IMG/VR virus record: IMGVR_UViG_2548876964_000002
Reading direction: 5' to 3' (one strand)
DNA length: 10,633 nt
From: a virus
Lineage: Duplodnaviria; Heunggongvirae; Uroviricota; Caudoviricetes
Position numbers and translations under genes: made by a program. Position 1 is the stretch's first letter. Every line of letters starts with the position of its first letter. Below are positions 1-5,866 of this stretch, in pieces. Under the pieces are notes generated by a model that was not told where the DNA came from, searched no databases, and saw only the letters and a list, made by a program, of their open reading frames with translations.

Positions 1-97
1 ATTTGGTCTGGATTATTGGTAGTGCCTGTTCTTTCAAAGCGTATGATATTTGCGCATCCCATGCCTTTTCGAGAATGGCTAATTGTTTTTTATTCAT
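1..97 (-). CDS. Hypothetical protein, N-terminal 32 codons only (runs off the left edge)
   Basis: ATG at 97..95 overlaps the helicase stop (TGATG on the minus strand); frame stays open to the window edge (MNKKQLAILEKAWDAQISYALKEQALPIIQTK...). Position matches the gene after P in lambdoid phages. No recognisable family. Confidence 0.4.
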   Translation of the reverse strand, partial: MNKKQLAILEKAWDAQISYALKEQALPIIQTK

Positions 98-1533
98 CAG
101 AATCCTCCTTTCTTCTTGGACTGCGGTTCCTCGCGTTCACGTCGGCGCATTTCAGCAGACTGTTGGTCTGTGTCATAAATAGCGCCATTTGCCTGAATGC
201 AATACACCGTGCCGGTATTGCCATGACGATTGAGACGAAGGATTAGTTCGGTTTCACCAGGTGGAACACTGTCATCAAAAGCACCTTCACGATGGATCCC
301 CACCCAATAATCGCAATCCTGTTCAATCTGCCCTGTATCTCGTGAGTCACTTGGTAATGGGCGTTTATTGGTTCGGCTTTCCAGTGCGCGGTTAAGTTGC
401 GTCAGAAGCACAACAACGCAATCAAGCTCTTTGGCAAGGTTCTTCAGTCCTTTGGTGATCATGCCGTAAGCAAGGTCGTTGCGATCGGCCTTCTCAGCGG
501 TCATTAGTGTCAGGTAATCGACCAGAATCATGCCAACACATCCTTTTTCTCGCTTGATTCGACGGCTTTCGCTGACGATTTGAGCCAGAGATAATCCCGG
601 CGTGTCGTCGATGTAAAGCATGTCGATTTCACTCAAGCGATTGGCTGTTTCGATCGCCCTGTTGAAGTCACCATCGTAATCACCCTGATAGCCGTCATCG
701 GCGTCATTTGTCGCCGGAAGGTAAAAAATATTCGGGTTAACACCAGACTTCTGCCCTACCAGTTTTTCCAGTATCTGATCACCTGGCATTTCAAGGCTGA
801 ACATCAGAGCGGGCTTTTTCTCATGCACTGCGCAATTGATTGCCATCTGGCTGTATAGCGTCGTTTTCCCCATCTTAGGGCGAGCGCCAATGACAAACAG
901 AGAGCCTTTCACCAGACCTTTCGGTGACAGCATCCTGTCCAGCGATGGGATCCCTGTGCTCATTCCCCGTTGTTCGCCTGATGGGTCAAATCGCTTCTCA
1001 AGGTCGCTAACCCAGTCTTCCATGACCTCGCCAAATGAGCGAAGGCCGCGACGCGATCCGGTTTTTGCATGGTCTGTCAGTTGCGTGAAAATCGCCTGAA
1101 TAGCTTCGTACTTCTGCGTCGCAGTCATTCCGTTGCGGGAATAGAGCAATTCCGTCGCTTCAGTCATGCGGTTGATGGCGTAGCGTTCCATTGCGGTTTC
1201 ACGAACCTGCATTGCATAGGCAACGATGTTTGCTGCGCTTGGCGTGTTCTTTGCGATCTCAGCGATATAAGCAAAACCGCCAACAGACACCGTTAACGAT
1301 TTACGCTCCAGTTCATCGAAAAGCGTCAGGCCATCTACTGGCTTTTGCTCCCGGTGCATTCTGGTTATTTCTTCGAAAAGGATTTTGTGTGGTCGGCTGT
1401 AAAATGAATCAGGCTTCAGCATCGCCAGAACTTTCTGGACGCGCTCACTGCTGTCATCATCCAGAAGCAATCCACCAATCACCGCCTGCTCTGCCTCGAT
1501 GCTATGGGGCGGCGCATAAAAATTATCGGTCAT
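97..1533 (-). CDS. DnaB-family replicative DNA helicase (phage replicative helicase in the lambda P position)
   Basis: Long minus-strand ORF with DnaB-like N-terminus (HSIEAEQAVIGGLLLD) and Walker A motif GARPKMGKTT. Preferred start is ATG at 1533 with GAGGG 8 nt upstream; an in-frame GTG at 1548 is the alternative. The 5' end overlaps the 3' end of the upstream initiator gene. Confidence 0.9.
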   Translation of the reverse strand: MTDNFYAPPHSIEAEQAVIGGLLLDDDSSERVQKVLAMLKPDSFYSRPHKILFEEITRMHREQKPVDGLTLFDELERKSLTVSVGGFAYIAEIAKNTPSAANIVAYAMQVRETAMERYAINRMTEATELLYSRNGMTATQKYEAIQAIFTQLTDHAKTGSRRGLRSFGEVMEDWVSDLEKRFDPSGEQRGMSTGIPSLDRMLSPKGLVKGSLFVIGARPKMGKTTLYSQMAINCAVHEKKPALMFSLEMPGDQILEKLVGQKSGVNPNIFYLPATNDADDGYQGDYDGDFNRAIETANRLSEIDMLYIDDTPGLSLAQIVSESRRIKREKGCVGMILVDYLTLMTAEKADRNDLAYGMITKGLKNLAKELDCVVVLLTQLNRALESRTNKRPLPSDSRDTGQIEQDCDYWVGIHREGAFDDSVPPGETELILRLNRHGNTGTVYCIQANGAIYDTDQQSAEMRRREREEPQSKKKGGF

Positions 1534-2422
1534 CGTGTTCACCCTCACGAACTTTCAGGTAGGTATTATCGTTAAGCAGGAAATCAAATCCCTTTTTGTG
1601 CCAGATAGTTCCGCGTTGATGGTTTGGACGCTCTTCGAACATCCATCGGCAATTTTCGCCTACGTAGCTCAAATAATTTCTCCAGTCCTGCATCGTGAAC
1701 CCATGCCCGTCAAGCTGGCGTGTTATCACTCCGGCTTTGCGCCAGAACGTTCGGATCTGGTTTTTACGCTTGTCATTCAGTGCGCGGATTCTTGGCGCTT
1801 CAGGAAGGATTTCGTGGTAAGCATCGACAACATCCTGACAGCTGACGGAAGGTTTTTTCTTGTCAGACTTTTTGTCTGCTGTGGCACTCTCTAATACGTC
1901 AGTATTAGAGATAATATTATTATATTCTTTATCTGTGGTAATTTGCTGGTAATCTGCTGGTACAGTATTGCTTACAGGCATTGGTATTGCTGGCTTTGAG
2001 GTGGTAATTTGCTGGTAATCTGCTGGTACAAAATTTGACTGATAATCGTCATATTTCTCTACCGAGAAAACTGAGAATTTACCGTGTGAAACCCAGTCAA
2101 TCATGCCGAGTTTTTTGAACTTTCTAAGCAGGTACTGAACGCGATCTGGTTTGAGTCCTGTTTCAAACGCCAGAGAGTTTCTACCGCCAAGTAGCTTCCC
2201 TCTGCCTACCAGAATTTCTCCTGCGTCAGTCATTACATACTCAGGCGTATGCTTTGTTTTGAGGATTAAGTGAACCCACAGATGCGCTGCTTCTGCGTCC
2301 TTGTAAAACGGCACATCCATAATTTTACGGTGCAGCAAGGCATACCCCTTACCGCTGCTTTGATGCGGTTGTTGTAGCCTTCTGGCCTCTCTGGCTTCGG
2401 CTAGATTAGATATGTTACTCAT
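1523..2422 (-). CDS. Replication initiation protein, lambda O-like, with the origin embedded in the coding sequence
   Basis: 299-aa ORF directly upstream of the helicase; AAGGAG Shine-Dalgarno 7-8 nt before the ATG. The middle of the ORF carries direct iterons that encode a repeated [10 protein letters not shown] peptide, as in lambda O where ori lies inside the gene. Confidence 0.8.
   Translation of the reverse strand: MSNISNLAEAREARRLQQPHQSSGKGYALLHRKIMDVPFYKDAEAAHLWVHLILKTKHTPEYVMTDAGEILVGRGKLLGGRNSLAFETGLKPDRVQYLLRKFKKLGMIDWVSHGKFSVFSVEKYDDYQSNFVPADYQQITTSKPAIPMPVSNTVPADYQQITTDKEYNNIISNTDVLESATADKKSDKKKPSVSCQDVVDAYHEILPEAPRIRALNDKRKNQIRTFWRKAGVITRQLDGHGFTMQDWRNYLSYVGENCRWMFEERPNHQRGTIWHKKGFDFLLNDNTYLKVREGEHDDR
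1895..2030. repeat. Candidate replication origin: AT-rich tract plus direct iterons
   Basis: Exact 30-bp direct repeat gtggtaatttgctggtaatctgctggtaca at 1935-1964 and 2001-2030. Each copy holds two sub-repeats of the form TAAT(T/C)TGCTGG, and a degenerate copy ggtattgctgg sits at 1982-1992. An AT-rich tract lies at 1895-1930, on the downstream side in the O reading direction. Confidence 0.7.
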
Positions 2423-2561
2423 GACCTTTCTCCTTCTGCATCAGCTTCACTTTTTCCAACTCAGCCCGGAATCGACCAGGCTGCTTGAAGCTGGACAGGA
2501 AGCGATCACGTAGTATGTGTTTGTGAATTTTGTCCTGGTAAGGACTGAGTTGTTTTGTCAT
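2415..2561 (-). CDS. Small hypothetical protein (48 aa) between cII and the O-like gene
   Basis: Not in the supplied ORF track (under its length cutoff). ATG at 2561 with AGGAG 5 nt upstream; stop TAA at 2417..2415 overlaps the O-like start. Translation: [48 protein letters not shown]. No family recognised. Confidence 0.4.
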   Translation of the reverse strand: MTKQLSPYQDKIHKHILRDRFLSSFKQPGRFRAELEKVKLMQKEKGHE

Positions 2562-2593
2562 AATTACTCCTGTGGATTGATCCAGTAATTCCC

Positions 2594-2890
2594 TCAGAAT
2601 TGCATATCAATTTGCTTAAAATCCTCGGTGGCAGCCGGGGATTTTTTCTTTGTGATTTCATCAAGCGCATACTTAAAAGCCCTGCTAATCGGACTGATGT
2701 CTGATGCCATTCCGAAAGCACACAAGACCGAAGCAATAAATCTCCAGTCCGTTCTGCTTATCTTCGATTCATGACAGCCAATCATCTTTGCCAGACCGCG
2801 CTGGGTAAGCGTTGACAGGTTGATGAGTAAATCTGTTTCTGCGCGATCAACGTCGCGCTGTGATAGTTTGCTGTAACTTGTTTGTTCCAT
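2594..2890 (-). CDS. cII: CII-like transcriptional activator
   Basis: 98-aa ORF immediately downstream of cro and nutR. C-terminal [18 protein letters not shown] parallels the recalled lambda CII tail KKRPAATERSEQIQMEF, and the central HTH region is similar in layout. Confidence 0.85.
   Translation of the reverse strand: MEQTSYSKLSQRDVDRAETDLLINLSTLTQRGLAKMIGCHESKISRTDWRFIASVLCAFGMASDISPISRAFKYALDEITKKKSPAATEDFKQIDMQF
2623..2650 (+). terminator. Rho-independent terminator antisense to the cII 3' end (oop-RNA-like)
   Basis: Stem cctcgg/ccgggg (one G-U pair), 6-nt loop, then attttttctt. It lies on the plus strand inside the 3' end of minus-strand cII, matching the placement of the lambda oop terminator. 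No convincing promoter was found upstream. Confidence 0.45.
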
Positions 2891-2975
2891 TTCTTAAGAT
2901 TTCCAGTAGTGAATAGTTAGTTGAAAGGTATGCGTGGAAACGCATATGGCCTTAGTTGGTCAGATATCTTGGAAC

Positions 2976-3021
2976 TCGCTTTTCAGCGACGTAGGACGAA
3001 TGTCCGTTGTTACAAAGAGCG
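2976..3021 (-). promoter_or_regulatory. nutR-like site (boxA plus hairpins)
   Basis: Minus-strand reading: CGCTCTTTGTAACAAC (boxA-like), hairpin GGACATTCGTCC, spacer TACG, then TCGCTGAAAAGCGA (5-bp stem, GAAA loop). Sits between cro and cII and mirrors the nutL arrangement at 4219-4265. Confidence 0.6.
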
Positions 3022-3031
3022 GATCCGCTTA

Positions 3032-3247
3032 TTAAGCGGCTTTGTGTTCCGGCGGGAACACGTCATCAAGACTGACTTTTGCGCCTAACTTGTTTAGGCA
3101 CGCAACAAGAGCACGGCATGTTTTAAGGTCTGGGAAGCGACGACCAGATTCCCAATGTCCGATAGCTCCCTGTGTGCATCCAACTGCCTTAGCAAGTGTT
3201 GTTTGAGAGATATTCAGTGACTCTCGATATTTTCGTAGGTTGCTCAT
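3032..3247 (-). CDS. cro: Cro-like HTH repressor (71 aa)
   Basis: Divergent from cI and followed by nutR and cII. ATG at 3247 with GGAGG upstream; HTH motif QTTLAKAVGCTQGAIGHW. The ORF-track extension to 3418 is rejected because it runs through the promoter region. Confidence 0.8.
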   Translation of the reverse strand: MSNLRKYRESLNISQTTLAKAVGCTQGAIGHWESGRRFPDLKTCRALVACLNKLGAKVSLDDVFPPEHKAA

Positions 3248-3273
3248 ATGCCCTCCATAGTAACCATAACGCA

Positions 3274-3302
3274 ATAATACGATATGTACTTTTAGAATGC
3301 AA
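3274..3302 (-). promoter_or_regulatory. PR-like sigma70 promoter driving cro
   Basis: On the minus strand: -35 TTGCAT (3302..3297), 17-bp spacer, -10 TATTAT (3279..3274), about 30 nt upstream of the cro ATG. Operators are expected here but could not be delimited by eye. Confidence 0.55.
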
Positions 3303-3358
3303 ACAAAAAATACATCTTGTGCATGGATGATTTTAGTACAGAGCGTAATAATAAGGGT

Positions 3359-4018
3359 ATGAAAATGAAATGGTATGAACTGGCTAGATCCAGAATGAAA
3401 GAGCTCGGCATAACTCAAGAGAAGTTAGCCGAAGAGCTTGGTATGACGCAGGGTGGAATTGGTCACTGGTTGCGCGGATCTCGTCATCCATCTCTTGACG
3501 AGATTGGTGTGGTGTTTAAATACCTTGGTATTGATAACGTCTCATTCAACCACGACGGTACATTTTCACCTGTTGGCGAATACTCATCTGCCCCCGTTAA
3601 AAAACAATATGAGTACCCTGTTTTTTCTCATGTTCAGGCCGGTATGTTCTCGCCTGAGCTTAGAACCTTTACCAAAGGTGATGCGGAGAGATGGGTCAGC
3701 ACAACCAAAAAAGCCAGTGATTGTGCGTTTTGGCTTGAAGTTGAAGGTAATTCCATGACCGCGCCAACAGGATCCAAGCCAAGCTTTCCTGACGGGATGT
3801 TAATTCTCGTTGACCCTGAGCAGGCTGTTGAGCCAGGTGATTTCTGCATAGCCAGACTTGGTGGTGACGAGTTTACCTTCAAGAAACTGATCAGGGATAG
3901 CGGTCAGGTGTTCCTACAACCACTAAACCCGCAATATCCAATGATTCCATGCAATGATAGCTGTTCCGTAGTAGGGAAAGTTATCGCCAGCCAGTGGCCT
4001 GAAGAGACATTTAGTTAA
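3359..4018 (+). CDS. cI: CI-type prophage repressor with LexA/S24-like autocleavage domain
   Basis: C-terminal ~135 aa ([36 protein letters not shown]...[12 protein letters not shown]) matches the lambda CI C-terminal domain as recalled, almost residue for residue. N-terminal HTH ([22 protein letters not shown]) is unlike lambda. Start is ambiguous among ATGs at 3359, 3365 and 3317; 3359/3365 are favoured. Confidence 0.9.
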   Translation: MKMKWYELARSRMKELGITQEKLAEELGMTQGGIGHWLRGSRHPSLDEIGVVFKYLGIDNVSFNHDGTFSPVGEYSSAPVKKQYEYPVFSHVQAGMFSPELRTFTKGDAERWVSTTKKASDCAFWLEVEGNSMTAPTGSKPSFPDGMLILVDPEQAVEPGDFCIARLGGDEFTFKKLIRDSGQVFLQPLNPQYPMIPCNDSCSVVGKVIASQWPEETFS

Positions 4019-4050
4019 CAGCCTCACCACTCTAAAACACACAACAATAA

Positions 4051-4078
4051 CCCGACCTTAGCGTCGGGTTTTCTTTTT
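4051..4078 (+). terminator. Rho-independent terminator after cI
   Basis: Stem cccgac/gtcggg with a 6-nt loop, followed by ttttcttttt, about 33 nt past the cI stop. No rexA/rexB-like ORFs lie between cI and PL. Confidence 0.65.
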
Positions 4079-4144
4079 CCAAAATATAAACCCATTAAAT
4101 ACAAAGCGTTATAAAAAACTAAACCATATTTAGAACATTTTGTA

Positions 4145-4173
4145 TTGACTCAGTAAAGTACACATCGTACTAT
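4145..4173 (+). promoter_or_regulatory. PL-like sigma70 promoter
   Basis: -35 TTGACT (4145-4150), 17-bp spacer, -10 TACTAT (4168-4173), in an AT-rich tract upstream of nutL and N. OL operators are presumed to overlap but were not defined. Confidence 0.65.
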
Positions 4174-4218
4174 TTAGCTATCAGCAGGAAGCTGGAAGCC
4201 AAACGGAACAGACTGGCA

Positions 4219-4265
4219 GGCTCTTTAAACAACGTCGAACACTCGACTACGTGGCTGAAAAGCCA
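4219..4265 (+). promoter_or_regulatory. nutL-like site (boxA plus hairpins)
   Basis: GGCTCTTTAAACAAC (boxA-like), hairpin GTCGAACACTCGAC, spacer TACG, then TGGCTGAAAAGCCA (5-bp stem, GAAA loop). Same tripartite layout as nutR. Confidence 0.6.
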
Positions 4266-4290
4266 GATCACCCAACCACATAAGCTGTGG

Positions 4291-4338
4291 GATGCAATGC
4301 CGAAGCAACCGTCTCAGGAGGGGCTTCGAGATTGCATC
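4291..4338 (+). other. Large imperfect hairpin in the N leader (candidate RNase III or translational-control element)
   Basis: gatgcaat (4291-4298) pairs with attgcatc (4331-4338) and cgaagc (4301-4306) pairs with gcttcg (4323-4328), leaving a 16-nt apical loop. Lies between nutL and the N Shine-Dalgarno; lambda has an RNase III-sensitive hairpin in the equivalent leader. Confidence 0.45.
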
Positions 4339-4363
4339 GCCAAAGTTTATTCGGGAGGAATCT

Positions 4364-4636
4364 ATGTCCAGAAAAACAGAATTTAAAGGAACCGCAGCTT
4401 CTCGCCGTAGAGCTCGTCGTGCAAATCTGCAAAGTCAGGAGGCGATCAGCTCCGACAAGCTACACAGGCCAACCCCTTCACGAGTGGTCTTGCAATGCAA
4501 GCGCAAACCAGCAATGAGAGCAGAAGTGATAACTCTGACAACGTTGACCAGAAAATATGAAGGTTCAACTTGTCTTCCGAACGTAGCCATTTACGCGGCA
4601 GGCTACCGGAAATCAAAACAACTGACGGCGAGATGA
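4364..4636 (+). CDS. N: N-like transcription antitermination protein (90 aa)
   Basis: First gene after PL and nutL; GGGAGG Shine-Dalgarno before the ATG at 4364. Arginine-rich motif near the N-terminus (TAASRRRARRANLQ), as in boxB-binding N proteins. The track's upstream start at 4292 falls inside the leader hairpin and is rejected. Confidence 0.75.
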   Translation: MSRKTEFKGTAASRRRARRANLQSQEAISSDKLHRPTPSRVVLQCKRKPAMRAEVITLTTLTRKYEGSTCLPNVAIYAAGYRKSKQLTAR

Positions 4637-4694
4637 CTTGTGTTGGTCGCCAGAAAATGAAATTAGGCAGCAAACCACTTATTTGAGGTGAGAT

Positions 4695-4781
4695 ATGGAA
4701 GAAGAATTTGAAGAGTTCGAAGAGCATCCGCAGGATGTGATGGAACAATACCAGGACTATCCGTATGACTACGACTACTGA
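4695..4781 (+). CDS. Small hyper-acidic peptide (28 aa), lambda orf28-like
   Basis: MEEEFEEFEEHPQDVMEQYQDYPYDYDY, preceded by GAGGTGAG Shine-Dalgarno; the 3' end overlaps the ral start. Same position and size as the small ORF recalled between N and ral in lambda. Under the track's length cutoff. Confidence 0.5.
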   Translation: MEEEFEEFEEHPQDVMEQYQDYPYDYDY

Positions 4782-4965
4782 TAAAAATCAATGGTGTGGA
4801 CAATTCAAGCGATGCAATGGATGCAAGCTGCAATCGGAATGCATGGTTAAGCCTGAAGAAATGTTTCCTGTAATGGAAGATGGGAAATATGTCGATAAAT
4901 GGGCAATACGAACGACGGCAATGATTGCCAGAGAACTTGGTAAACTGAACAACAAGGCTGCCTGA
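4765..4965 (+). CDS. ral: Ral restriction-alleviation protein (66 aa)
   Basis: MTTTTDKNQWCGQFKRCNGCKLQSECMVKPEEMFPVMEDGKYVDKWAIRTTAMIARELGKLNNKAA matches the lambda Ral sequence as recalled, including the Cys-rich motif. Confidence 0.8.
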   Translation: MTTTTDKNQWCGQFKRCNGCKLQSECMVKPEEMFPVMEDGKYVDKWAIRTTAMIARELGKLNNKAA

Positions 4966-4982
4966 TGGCGGCCTTTATTTTT
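4956..4982 (+). terminator. Rho-independent terminator overlapping the ral stop codon (tL1-like)
   Basis: Stem ggctgcc/ggcggcc (one G-U pair), loop tgat containing the ral TGA, then tttattttt. Confidence 0.55.
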
Positions 4983-5030
4983 GGCATAAACAACAGAATA
5001 AACACAGCACTGAATTATTTGAGGTGAGAT

Positions 5031-5501
5031 ATGACAAAATCATGGAGCGTACCTTTTCCTGAATCAGAAACTGAACATGATGGAATGCCTGTTTTCTGGA
5101 GATTCCAAGCGACAGTTGAAGAAGATGGAATCAAAATATTCGCACTTCAATATATAGCTTTTCATCAGACAGATCATTATGCATGGTTGGTTCCTGCGCA
5201 TTGGATTGTTAATTTTAAACCAGCACCAAATCAGTGGTTACAGGAATGGAAACAAAGGAGAAATAGATATGCAATTAAGAAAGTAGCAAAAAATGCCGAA
5301 AGATCTTTTGCATTCCCGACGAAGAAACTTGCCATTGAAAGTTTATTGCGCCGGAAGAAGTACCATTTAATGAGAATCAAACAAGATTTGGCTGTTGTAT
5401 CAACTCTTGTTGATGGGATGAAGAATATTGATACATCAATACCAGATATTGAATATAACTTTGGACACAACCAAGAAACAGAAAATTGGGTGTTTTATTA
5501 G
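5031..5501 (+). CDS. Hypothetical protein (156 aa), visibly AT-rich, moron-like, no recognised family
   Basis: Clean ORF with GAGGTGAG Shine-Dalgarno and no predicted membrane segments. Composition is clearly more AT-rich than its neighbours by eye (not computed). Sits at the sieB / P22 gene 17 position and is bracketed by terminators at 4956-4982 and 5606-5631. Confidence 0.7.
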   Translation: MTKSWSVPFPESETEHDGMPVFWRFQATVEEDGIKIFALQYIAFHQTDHYAWLVPAHWIVNFKPAPNQWLQEWKQRRNRYAIKKVAKNAERSFAFPTKKLAIESLLRRKKYHLMRIKQDLAVVSTLVDGMKNIDTSIPDIEYNFGHNQETENWVFY

Positions 5502-5515
5502 TACGAATAAGCACT

Positions 5516-5543
5516 GTGTATTCATTCCAACGAGTGAATACAC
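5516..5543. repeat. Perfect 9-bp inverted repeat (GTGTATTCA ... TGAATACAC) with 10-nt spacer
   Basis: Seen directly, 15 nt after the stop of the 156-aa gene. No T-run on either strand, so it is not a standard intrinsic terminator. Confidence 0.5.
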
Positions 5544-5605
5544 GGAGCAATGTCGCTCGTAACTAAACAGGAGCCGACTTGTTCTGATTATTGGAAATCT
5601 TCTTT

Positions 5606-5631
5606 GCCCTCCAGTGTGAGGGCCTTTTTAT
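5606..5631 (+). terminator. Rho-independent terminator upstream of cIII
   Basis: Stem gccctc/gagggc, loop cagtgt, then ctttttat. Confidence 0.6.
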
Positions 5632-5695
5632 ATGCATACCAATAACGCTTCACTCGAGGCGTTTTCGTTATGCAATCAAACAGAAGGAGCATCCT

Positions 5696-5866
5696 ATGCA
5701 ACAGTTCGCTATTGCAGGGGCGGCATCGGTTCGCCCTTTCAACCCGATTTTATCGGTACAGCATTCACGAAAAAATATTTTAACCGGAGCAGACTTTAAA
5801 CAACCAAGAATGAAAAGCTTGCTCGAAAAGCTTTGGGATATTTTGAAACAACAAGGCCGCCCATGA
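5696..5866 (+). CDS. cIII: CIII-like protein (FtsH inhibitor, 56 aa)
   Basis: MQQFAIAG...LLEKLWDILKQQGRP parallels the recalled lambda CIII (MQYAIAG...LIDILNQPGVP). GAAGGAG Shine-Dalgarno before the ATG at 5696. The track's upstream start at 5591 spans the terminator and is rejected. Confidence 0.75.
   Translation: MQQFAIAGAASVRPFNPILSVQHSRKNILTGADFKQPRMKSLLEKLWDILKQQGRP

Noticed and set aside
16-246. Plus-strand 76-aa ORF at the left edge
   Set aside because: Antisense to the minus-strand partial gene and helicase 3' end, no Shine-Dalgarno, low-complexity translation; most likely a chance open frame.
836-1562. Three plus-strand ORFs (836-1099, 1069-1296, 1191-1562) inside the helicase gene
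   Set aside because: Fully embedded antisense to a confidently identified DnaB-type helicase, with no ribosome-binding sites.
1535-1894. Plus-strand 119-aa ORF antisense to the O-like gene
   Set aside because: Overlaps the C-terminal domain of the initiator on the opposite strand with no start signals; treated as spurious.
1935-2030. Direct repeats considered as a possible CRISPR array
   Set aside because: Only two exact copies plus degenerate sub-repeats, in-frame within a replication initiator ORF and next to an AT-rich tract, with no cas genes nearby; fits origin iterons, not a CRISPR array.
2506-2736. Minus-strand 76-aa ORF overlapping the cII 3' end
   Set aside because: Out of frame with cII and spanning the cII-O spacer in a different frame from the better-supported 48-aa ORF; no Shine-Dalgarno.
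3317-3358. Upstream ATG at 3317 as the cI start
   Set aside because: It would add a Cys/Asp-rich leader ([14 protein letters not shown]) unlike repressor N-termini and would lie within the operator region; 3359/3365 are preferred, though the exact start remains uncertain.
3248-3418. N-terminal extension of cro to 3418 (128-aa version)
   Set aside because: The extension runs through the PR promoter and cI start region; the internal ATG at 3247 has a GGAGG Shine-Dalgarno and gives a typical 71-aa Cro.
3453-3882. ORFs 3453-3758 (+) and 3634-3882 (-) inside cI
   Set aside because: Embedded in alternative frames or antisense within the conserved CI C-terminal domain.
4287-4748. ORFs 4287-4517 (+), 4292-4363 extension of N, and 4446-4748 (-)
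   Set aside because: The upstream starts fall inside the N-leader hairpin and lack a Shine-Dalgarno; the minus-strand ORF is antisense to N and orf28.
5231-5470. Minus-strand 79-aa ORF inside the 156-aa gene
   Set aside because: Antisense, Phe/Ile-rich translation typical of AT-rich antisense frames, no start signals.
5591-5695. Upstream start at 5591 for cIII
   Set aside because: The extension would be translated through the intrinsic terminator at 5606-5631; the internal ATG at 5696 has a good Shine-Dalgarno and matches the CIII N-terminus.
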